Shown: positions 49,001-59,008 of the stretch, in pieces
Position numbering within the stretch: position 1 is the first letter of the stretch
Layout: every line of letters starts with the position of its first letter
From: Laetmonice hystrix
Lineage: Eukaryota
Length of the DNA stretch: 64,000 nt
NCBI GenBank assembly: GCA_965235115.1
Contig: OZ249437.1
Coordinates: forward strand, 16,492,001 to 16,556,000
Direction: 5' to 3'
Program-made: the position numbers and the translations under genes
The notes under the pieces: generated by a model
What the model saw: the letters and a program-made list of their open reading frames with translations, nothing else
Told to the model about the DNA's origin: nothing
Database searches by the model: none

Positions 49001-52000
49001 CGAAAATCGAAATTCAGTATTTAACTAAGCATTGACATTGTGGAGGAGATGTGTCCCGAACTGATCTCGTTGGAGGTTATGCAATTTCTTGGCAAAGACA
49101 ACAGTTTTCACCCAAATTTCTTATGTTTTGCATTTAACTATTGAATATCTGACAAAAGATTCAAAAGTGTGATTCTTCCAAAAGTGCCCCTTTAAGAAAT
49201 CTTTAATCTCGCTCTCTGTCTCTCTTGCTCTCGCTCTATTGCTGGTGACTTCATTTATACCTCAACTTTGGGAGCACAAAGTTTGCATCTAGGCCATTTA
49301 GTGTTAGAAACGGGCAGAAGGAATGGGAGGTTAAAGCCCCTGCAAACATATAGTCCTCGGCCTTGCTCTGGCTTGTAAAAAAAATAGTTTTTCATGAAGA
49401 CAGAAAATGCCGCCCATCTTCAGGTGACTTGGGAGGATTTCTTTCCCTTCCTTCTCAGATGTTGGCAGTCAGTGTTGTAATAACAGACAGCATTGAGACA
49501 AAGATTGGCAGTCAATCATCTGTTAGCTGGCAGGTGGCTGGCATAGGGCTGGCAGTTCTGGAAGAGTCTGCCAAGTATGAGGGCCACGATCAGGCCAACA
49601 CCTGCCAGGTAAATTGTTCTACCTTGGCCGCNNNNNNNNNNNNNNNNNNNNNNNNNNNNNNNNNNNNNNNNNNNNNNNNNNNNNNNNNNNNNNNNNNNNN
49701 NNNNNNNNNNNNNNNNNNNNNNNNNNNNNNNNNNNNNNNNNNNNNNNNNNNNNNNNNNNNNNNNNNNNNNNNNNNNNNNNNNNNNNNNNNNNNNNNNNNN
49801 NNNNNNNNNNNNNNNNNNNNNNNNNNNNNNNNATTGATCCAGCACCCGGTAGCCCCAGTGTAATGGGACAGGCCCAGGCAGTTTGACAACACCACTGCTT
49901 TACATAGATCTCCATGGCCACCTAACATACATAATGATTCAGAAACTGCCACTCCAAGTTGTTATGTTTATCTCAGCTTGGTGACTGAGCGGTCAATGGA
50001 GAGATTGATCATTAGCATTGGTGACTCAAAGGTTTATTATGTAATATAGCAGGTAATGCTAAGGTCAGTGGTCCAGATGAGCAGGCCTGTGAACAATTAG
50101 TCTTGATTCCAGTGCAAAGAATATCAAGCAAGAGTAAGCAAGAAGGCCAAACACCTTTGGCTTACAGTAACTGGAGTCTGTAAATAAAGGCAGTAGGTAA
50201 ATAATGTACCTTGAATTGTCGTTCCAGGTGTAGGGCGTGATGATTTGTTAGGGTCAGCAGGTGTCATACTGGTAATGGAATTGGCAGGTCTAACCTGTTT
50301 GTTGGTAGTGGGAAACGAGCACAGGTGACCTGGGCAGATGTAAGGTGGCGAACTTATCAGGAACAATAACACAAACATTTCCCCAGAGCAACATTAACTG
50401 GTTAAGCCTCTTGTAATGGTAAAACATGCATGGTGATTGCATGGATGATACCCAGGTGGGTGCCATGACATCCTGTATGAATGCTACCCAGGTTAATAAT
50501 ATATAGTGGGTGCCATGACATCCTGTATGAATGCTACCCAGGTTAATAATATATAGTGGGTGCCATGACATCCTGTATGAATGAAACCCAGGTTAATAAT
50601 ATATAGTGGGTGCCATGACATCCTGTATGAATGCTACCCAGGTTAATAATATATAGTGGGTGCCATGACATCCTGTATGAATGATACCCAAGTTAATAAT
50701 ATATAGTGGGTGCCATGACATCCTGTATGAATGCTACCCAGGTTAATAATATATAGTGGGTGCCATGACATCCTGTATGAATGCTACCCAAGTTAATAAT
50801 ATATAGTGGGTGCCATGACATCCTGTATGAATGCTACCCAGGTTAATAATATATAGTGGGTGCCATGACATCCTGTATGAATGATACCCAAGTTAATAAT
50901 ATATAGTGGGTGCCATGACATCCTGTATGAATGAAACCCAGGTTAATAATATATAGTGGGTGCCATGACATCCTGTATGAATGAAACCCAGGTTGATATA
51001 GTGGGTGCCATGACATCCTGTATGAATGAAACCCAGGTTGATATAGTGGGTGCCATGACATCCTGTATGAATGAAACCCAGGTTGATATAGTGGGTGCCA
51101 TGACATCCTGTATGAATGGAACCCAGGTTGATATAGTGGGTGCCATGACATCCTGTATGAATGAAACCCAGGTTGATATAGTGGGTGCCATGACATCCTG
51201 TATGAATGAAACCCAGGTTGATATAGTGGGTGCCATGAAATCCTAATTTCACCAGAAAATTACCATCTTGACTTCATGTTCTTGATCTGGAAATGCCCTG
51301 AGAATTATGACATGCCACATTACCAAATCACCGTGTGATTGTGTGGGCTTCCGTCAGATTGGGAACCACTGTTTCACAATACAGGGGTGATCTAAATGGT
51401 GGCAAAACCTGGGGTATTGGCTCTGATACCGAGTGGGGTGTTTTCTATTCTAATGGCTAAAAATATTAACACAGTGCCTGGTTGCTCCTTTAAAAGGTTA
51501 GGGTGGCATTCTTTTTTAGCTGTTACAGATGAAAAGATTAAATTGTTACTCGGGATGCATGACACAAGTCTAACGGACTGACAGTGGTAATAATAGTTGG
51601 GGGTCATCCAGGGTTGGTGTCTCAGCGGTTAACCCCCCCCCCCCCCCAACCAAACCGGGTAGGGATCCCACTACCAACAGACTCGCCAAAATAAAATATT
51701 CTCTCGGACAGCCCTGGCCTTCCGTAACCATGATCTCGCAACTTGAAACAAGTTTTTCTTTTAGGCCATAAAATCAATATGATCAATACAAAGGATTTAT
51801 TTTTAAAATGAATAGACCATCAAAGTTTACTTTTACTTGAGTAAATTTCTTGAGCACTGACAGGAAACTTGAGGTTGTTAATCTCAGAGAAGGGACTCTT
51901 GTTTGATATAAAAGCAGTACCCAAATGCTCTGATCTCACTCTCTAATAAAAACGACTTTCACAAACTCTGCCTTTGCCACAGATTGTCCCTAACTGCATT

Positions 52001-55000
52001 CTGTTAAAAAGGTTAAAATTATTCTGAAAAATACATTTATTTCAAGGCAGGGGGTTTCAGATGATTTGAGAGATGGAATTTTTAGCCTGATAATGATGGG
52101 TTTCAGATGATTTGAGAGATGGAATTTTTAGCCTGATAATGATGGGTTTCAGATGATTTGAGAGGTGGAATTTTTAGCCTGATAATGATGGGTTTCAGAT
52201 GATTTGAGAGGTGGAATTTTTAGCCTGATAATGATGGGTTTCAGATGATTTGAGAGGTGGAATTTTTAGCCTGATAATGATGGGTTTCAGATGATTTGAG
52301 AGATGGAATTTTTAGCCTGATAATAATGGGTTTAAGATGATTTGAGAGGTGGAATTTTTAGCCTGATAATGATGGGTTCCAGATGATTTGAGACGTGGAA
52401 TTTTTAGCCTGATAATGATGGGTTTCAGATGATTTGAGACGTGGAATTTTTAGCCTGATAATGATGGGTTTCAGATGATTTGAGAGGTGGAATTTTTAGC
52501 CTGATAATGATGGGTTTCAGATGATTTGAGAGGTGGAATTTTTAGCCTGATAATGATGGGTTTCAGATGATTTGAGAGGTGGAATTTTTAGCCTGATAAT
52601 GATGGGTTTCAGATGATTTGAGAGGTGGAATTTTTAGCCTGATAATGATGGGTTTCAGATGATTTGAGAGGTGGAATTTTTAGCCTGATAATGATGGGTT
52701 TCAGATGATTTGAGAGGTGGAATTTTTAGCCTGATAATGATGGGTTTCAGATGATTTGAGAGGTGGAATTTTTAGCCTGATAATGATGGGTAATCACCAA
52801 GAGATTGCAGCGAGTCAATCACATATTCTCGGTTGCATACTTTGATGTCCTCCTCTGCCTTTGCCGTCAGTCGGAAGGTTATGGATCCAGGCAAAGGCTG
52901 TTGGGATGAACGCCCTGCCACACAATCGCACGCAGAAAATGTCTATAAATAGAAACATGCTTCCAGAAATAGCAGGCCGTTGTTTAAATTTGCAAGACAG
53001 AATATCTAAAAATAGCTCACGTGTGTGCTCTGTGGATGGCGATTACAAAAGCGATTGAATGGAGGGGTCAGTCCAGGGAGGCTGCTCATTGCACCTGTGC
53101 TCTTTGTCGATAAAAGAATAGAGTCTAAAGCGAATGATACACGCTACATTTTTTTGTCGTGACCCAGTTTTTAGCGCTAAAAACAGTCGTGACAGTCGTA
53201 ATTCGTGACGTGTATCATACCCTACAACAATCGTCGGCGACAAGTCGTCGGGTCGGAAGAAATCTAGCGGCCCTAGACTGCAAGCGGGTAATACACGCTG
53301 CAACTTACGATTTTTTGTCGGCGACAACAAATCGTAAGTCGCAGCGTGTATTACCTGTTTAAGAGGCCGTCCCTAATGGGGTGCTCAGTTTTACAGTAAG
53401 ATGGTCAGTTTTACAGTGAAGTGAGCACTCCTATAATAGTTATAGCGCTGTCTGTACAGACCAGTTACCTATATGTACAGGCCTCGGGGACCTGTGTATA
53501 CAGGTGGCTTTAAATCAAATATTGGCTTTCAATACGTGATAACATCTGTTGCCCGTATATAGTCACAGTTCCGACGACGCATAGGCAATCCCGGTCATTT
53601 ATTATCATATTAAATAAATTATAACCTTATCCAATAGAGATTGGAGACCTGTAAAAAGTATAGCCCTTCGGACAAAGCTACATTGTGGCATATCAAAAGC
53701 CTTTCAGATTTGATGCTGGCAATATGGCGGTGAAAGGCCTCCACTGCCGGTGTCGCATCTCTACCACCATATTACAACATGTACCTACCCCCTGGTAGGT
53801 ATTATCTCAATAATAATAATGACCTCACCGGTTACTATTATCTAGCTAACAATGTCCTCCCCAGTCACCATTATCTCTAGGTAATAATGTCATAAATGAC
53901 CCTCCCTATAAGATATCTACCCCCTCAATCGTATGGTCAAAGTCACCATAATAAGCAAAGATGAGAAAGGTATGACTTAACCCCACCAAATTCCTAAATA
54001 ATTCCCTCCAAAATAGCAATATCAAGCACGATCTCGGCCTTGCACACTGAAAAATTTTACTGTATCTTGGGGTATTTTCTCGTGATTTGTGTTTCACACA
54101 TTTTACTTCAAAAAGTTTAAACTCGATGTAGAGTTTCATTCAGTTTCCTGAATCATCAACAACATCTGAGGTCAAGGCACCTGGCAAGTTGGTGATGAAA
54201 ACCCTCAGATTGAAAGTCTCGTATTTCTAGGGAGGTAAAGGGTGCTGGCCTCACCCCACCAGGGTTTCATACAGAGGGGGGGACGGGGGGGATTTATCCC
54301 CCCCATGATTGGGACATGAGGGGTATATCCCCCCCAACAATCTACAGAGCAGTGTTTTTTTTAAAGGTATTTGAACATAGTTTCAACGTCGACAACGAAA
54401 TGTCTATGAATAATCCTGACAATCCTCCCTTCTGATGTCGAATAATATTGTAATGATGCATTTATTTAAAACGTTGGTATGATTCTGTTTGCTGTCACTG
54501 CCAATTTTGTGTTTTTGGCGTAAAAATTGTGGATTTTTTGGTGGTAGATTTAATGAAGATTCTCACTCTGAGAGGCCAGGAAAACGCATCTCCGGAGTTC
54601 CTGAAAAAAAAATTTCCAGACCCCCCCTTCCGGCCCGCCTTCGACGGGCTTGCCCGTCCCCCCCCATTAATTATTTTCTGGCGGAAACCCTGCCCACAAC
54701 ATAGAACAAAACCAGAAAAACTTTTACTGCAGCTTCTCAAACAACCATGGTGGACATCTATAATTTAGATTTCCAGATTACGTTGTCAGGGGGATCAACT
54801 TTGGTCTACCCAGTGAATTGAAGGTCCTTGGGATCCCTGGGAAGCAGCAGATTTGAGGTCATATTACTGTGCCGAAAGGACGACATCATGTATTTTAAAA
54901 AAAGTCGAAGATATTTAACAAAAGCCCCTCTGCGCAGCTGGCCTCCAACTGCACATGACTTGCGATCAGATTGAGGGGGGAGTGTCACACTCGTCATTTT

Positions 55001-58000
55001 GATCTTGTGATCTCAGCGTGACTTGAAGGAAAAACGCCCAGGATATGGCTAACCATCTTTACGAATATATATCAGGGTTCTCACTAGAAACTTTCGATAA
55101 GGGTAGTGGTCAAACCAAGGGCAGAGCCCTGGTTAGGGGGACAGGAGGGGCAAAGCTGTCGTAATTTAGGCTAGTATTTTAGAGCCTTATCTTGCAGCCT
55201 AGATAGTCAGATGAGAAAGGTTTGCTAAACTGGACAGTAAACAAGCAAATTTTACCGGTATTCCTCGGCTCCTGTTGAATTTAGACACGTTTTTGCTGCT
55301 AAGCTGCTCAAAGGACAGTGTAGCGGCCCCATATGCAAAAAGGCTGGTGAGAACACTGTATATTGGCTTTAGTAAAGTTAAAAATTTTAAGTTAAAGCCT
55401 TGAACTTAGTACATTTGGTCGGAGTGACTGCTTATAAATGTAACAAATGAGTAATGAGGGGTGAACTATTTGTGCTGACAATTCTGGATTTTAGAATAGC
55501 ATTTTCTTAGTTTGTGGCAAATATTATTTAGTTACTGAGAACGATTCAGAAATCAGGTGTAGATTGTAAGATTGAGTTGGGAGGGTACAAGAATTAGAGG
55601 GTTACAACTAACTGAGTGGTGAAGTTACAAAGTGTAGTCTCTGGGGGAGGGAGGGCGGTCTCCACGGTCTCCTCCAGGGCCCCGGGCCAGTGGGTCAGAA
55701 TTCTGGGTCAGTGATGTTTACATTTGGTGGGCCGACCCTCGACATGTGAGGTCCCTGGAGGGTCAGTCAGACGTGGCGGCATTGTTCGACCTGTCACTGG
55801 GTGGATGTGGTTGCCCGTGATCCAGTAGCTAACACTGACCGAGCGTGTGTCAGTGACTGCTGTAACAGTGGCTAACCTTGGCGCTAGTCGGGGTCACTGA
55901 CGATTGGGTACCTGACATAAATAGGTATGTGGCACGGTCACATGACGGCATTCTGCGTCACGCGCTCGGGGCATTATGATTCAAAGTCAACTCAAGAAAG
56001 GAACTTAGCAAGAAGTGACAACTTTGGACACGGCCAAAAACTATATCAAAATCTCAATACATTTTCTGGTTTTTGTAGAGAGAGAGAAAGATTTTGATCA
56101 TTTTGAAAGATTAATAAAAAAAAAAAAATGGAAGAAGGATTGCATGCACATATTTTAATAATTGGTTTTTTAATCTGAATATTACATTCTGGAGTACCTG
56201 GGGCTGTCCTTTCTGAAGGCTTTCTGAAGGCTGTCATTTCATTTGGCAGTGTTTGGAGCCTACTGTGTAGTGTGTACACAATGTGTCGTGACATCCACAC
56301 ATGATGTCAGTACATGTACAAGCAACATGCCTCATTTCTCAGCTTTTGGTTCAAAACATCACGAACTCCGTTCAGAGTCAAGAGAGTCATTTCTTCACTG
56401 TCACAAACCAGTATGTAGGGAAAAGTGGAAACATTTGAATTGATACAGCTAGGGTCTAGACCGAGATAGAAAGTAGGCCTACATCTCCATATCTAGGTAT
56501 AAACCTCACCTGGACTATGTTTATTAGCTGTTCACTGCCTCATGAGAAAGGTTACGTGTAACCACCGGCACTGCCTGACCATAGGGGGATGCAGGCATGT
56601 GGCGGGACCTTTGTGGCGACACCTGCAACTGGTGATTCGCAATTTTGCTCTCCATTAGTTAGTTATGTATCACAAAACGTGAATTTTGGATCGCAAACTG
56701 CGATGCGATACCGCTTATTTTAAGCCTTTCAATGTTTGGTTGTGTGTGTTACAGGTGTGGTTGAGGTCACATTCCACGAAGACAGCAATGGATATATGAC
56801 ATTGGTTGCCTACCCCCCAGACAGTAAGAAGAAAAAACACAAACGAGTTCTCTCACCAAGCAGCTCACCGAGTTCAAGTGGCGAGGGGGCACAGTCCGAT
56901 TCCGACTCGGAATCTCATCCACTAAGCCAGCACAAGGACACACAACAACAGCAAAGGTAACACAGTCAACCAGCTTGGATAGGATGAAAAAGGCACCTTT
57001 ACTCTTGAGAGTGTTAAAAGTTCAGACCCGAGATTTCTACACTTGACATGTGCCATGAAGATTGCCTCTATGTGCTTAGTGTAAATAAAATCTTGCCAGA
57101 GAAATTTTTGTGACCATCTGGATCGATTCAGAACCTTTTTACAGTTTGCATGACTTTAAGTTTCAAATTACACATGCAAAATTTTGATACAGGAGGTTGA
57201 TGAGGAAGTAAAAAGAATTGAACCGATCAGAGATTCATGCATGTGTTACTCTGGATCCATTGATTTGCTAAAAAGTGGTAAGTGACCAAAAAAAAGGCAA
57301 TCAAACTCTAATTTTATAGAATTTTCATGTTAAGAGAATCGGTTCCAAATCATTTTTATACTATTGTAGATTATAATATAAACCATTATTTACCCATTAT
57401 TGCTTTCATGTTTAAAGGTTTAGAATGCGTCAGAGTGGAAGTATAGAAGTGGAAGGGGTTCGTGATAAAACGTTTGAACTCGTTGATCCCCATCCTTCAT
57501 CAGATAAAGATGTATCCACAGCCGGCCACAATCCGTGGAGTTTGCGATGTCACAAGGAACAACTTGCAAAGATGAAGAAGAACTCCAAGGGGACGGATGT
57601 ACACAGTATCCTTACCGTCTTAAAATGTAAAACGTGCACAGCGAGTAGTTTTTTAAATGCTATAGAATGTAGATTTATTTCTAACACCATATTTAAACTG
57701 ACGTTAGAGGATGTTTTGGTTTGTAGTTAGTTGAAAAAAAAGTAAGTTTAAAAAAGGATCTTTTCTAAGTAGCTGTAATGTCTGACAGGGTTTGACATCT
57801 AATTGTTGTGTGAGACCTTGACTACATGACAGAATTTATTCTACTGGAGAACCTCGCCTCCCACTTCATGCTGCCATGTATCTTAGACCTTAAGATGGGA
57901 ACGAGACAGCATGGAGATGATGCGAGTGAGGAGAAGCGCCAGAGTCAAATACGAAAGTGTGCGACAACCACATCGAGTTCACTGGGTTTCAGGGTCTGTG

Positions 58001-59008
58001 GCATGCAGGTAGGTGTCCACTGTAGCAGTATTCTAGCTATAGCTTTTTGGGGCATCGGCCCGATACACCGAGTTTTAGCCCCGATATGTGACCAAAACGA
58101 CCAATATGCTGTTCTTTAGGGCTGATACACAACGAAAATCAACGGTATGCTATAAAAGAGAAAAGGGTTAGCTAGGTATGATGAAGACAACTTATGGAGA
58201 AGTAAAAGAACCTGAGGCCCTTCGTGTATCACAATTGCATACCTAGCACTAACAGGCAGTTACCCCCACGCTGAGATTTTCTTCTAGCTAGATCACTGTG
58301 TAGGCACTAAGTGTTGAGACTGTTGAGACCCAAAGTGTTGAGACTATTGTTCACCAGGTTGTAATGTTGCTAGAATGTAATTGGAATGGTGTGTTTCTGT
58401 TGTGATAGGTTTATCAAGCCAACTCAGGTCACTACGTGTGTCATAACAAGTACTATGGACGACGCCTGTCCCCAGACGGAGCAGAAGAATCTCTGTATGA
58501 ATTCCTGCACAATGGCTACCGCCTACGTGTCGACCTCATTGAACAAATTATTGACCGACTGCGTAAACTGTATGCCATGGTGGCAAAACAGAACAAGTTC
58601 CGTTTTTATTCCAGTTCACTTCTCATTATGTACGATGGAGGTCAGGGAGATATTGGTTCACCAACTTCCGAGAAAGCCATGGACAACCGGCCGGGCGAGG
58701 CTGTGGCCAGCAAGGACATGATGCTCACGAAGGAAGTCGGTGACCAACACAATAATGTCGGGCCGCGTGACAACTCCAACAGCTGGAGAGTCTACCAGAA
58801 ACCTCACAAATGTATTCGTGACAAGGGTTATAAAAATTCTAAGACAACTGTGGATGTACGCATGATTGATTTTGCACACGCGACACACCAAGGGTTCCGA
58901 GGTGACCGGACTGTACACACAGGGCCTGACAATGGATACCTGTTTGGGCTGGAAAATATAATTCGCATGTTGGAGTCACTGAAAGCACAAGACGGCCGTC
59001 AGTCATAG
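43026..59008 (+). CDS. IP6K: Inositol hexakisphosphate kinase (IP6K family), 451 aa, 5 coding exons
   Basis: Exons 43026-43215, 56755-56956, 57418-57605, 57833-58008, 58409-59008 (1356 nt, phase-consistent). Motifs [27 protein letters not shown] (PxxxDxKxG), FYSSSLL and VRMIDFAH are present. The paralog number cannot be assigned for an invertebrate-type single-copy gene. Confidence 0.95.
43388..43514. mobile_element. Short Kolobok-like MITE (AGGGGCAC termini)
   Basis: ATAA|AGGGGCACA...TGTGCCCCT|TTAA; left end similar to the copy at 48858. Confidence 0.55.
43991..44399. mobile_element. Harbinger-like MITE (409 bp)
   Basis: TIRs GGCCCGGTTTTTTGGTTG / CAACCAAAAAACCGGGCC; TSD CTG on both sides; many GAGA(C/T)GAG subterminal motifs. 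Confidence 0.8.
44557..45094. mobile_element. Harbinger/Tourist-like MITE
   Basis: TIR CCTGTTCCACTGGCTGCGTTGG in inverted orientation at both ends; TAA flanks; internal TGTATTCGGT repeats. Confidence 0.7.
45985..46870. repeat. 63-bp minisatellite (~13 copies) with a 254-bp higher-order repeat
   Basis: Unit GATGGAAGTATCCGAAGGGATACTCGTAGTGAAAGGCCTCCTCTGTGTCCTGTTGATTGTACA; 65-bp variant units end at 46226 and 46480. Confidence 0.92.
48858..49191. mobile_element. Kolobok-like MITE (334 bp)
   Basis: TTAA|AGGGGCAC...GTGCCCCT|TTAA. Confidence 0.7.
49632..49832. other. Assembly gap
   Basis: Run of N. Confidence 1.
50456..51238. repeat. Minisatellite of ten 50-bp units followed by six 45-bp units
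   Basis: GTGGGTGCCATGACATCCTGTATGAATG(CT/AA/AT)ACCCAGGTT(AATAATATATA | GATATA); starts every 50 bp from 50456 to 50956, then every 45 bp to 51226. Confidence 0.95.
52052..52790. repeat. 46-bp minisatellite, 16 near-identical copies
   Basis: Unit GGGTTTCAGATGATTTGAGAGGTGGAATTTTTAGCCTGATAATGAT. Confidence 0.95.
53287..53355. repeat. Near-perfect ~70-bp palindrome (probably a tiny MITE)
   Basis: GGTAATACACGCTGCAACTTACGATTT pairs with AAATCGTAAGTCGCAGCGTGTATTACC. Confidence 0.75.
54260..54692. mobile_element. hAT5-like MITE (CAGGG termini, 5-bp TSD), long copy
   Basis: CAGGGTTTCATACAG...CTGGCGGAAACCCTG; TSD CCCAC on both sides; shares both ends with 24985-25205. Confidence 0.8.
55073..55358. 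mobile_element. hAT5-like MITE, second family
   Basis: TIR CAGGGTTCTCACTAG / CTGGTGAGAACACTG; TSD TATAT on both sides. Confidence 0.65.
57606..57832 (+). other. U12-type (minor spliceosome) GT-AG intron in IP6K
   Basis: 5' site GTATCCTT at 57606, branch-site-like CCTTGAC at 57816-57822 close to the terminal AG (57831-57832), and no polypyrimidine tract. Splicing here restores DVH|KFILLEN in frame. Confidence 0.88.

Noticed and set aside
49363-49952. ORFs around the second gap, including a hydrophobic stretch [18 protein letters not shown]
   Set aside because: ORF lengths are inflated by Ns and there is no recognisable domain or splice support.
50843-51252. Four repetitive ORFs on both strands
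   Set aside because: They are a by-product of the 45-bp unit being a multiple of 3; no splice or compositional support.
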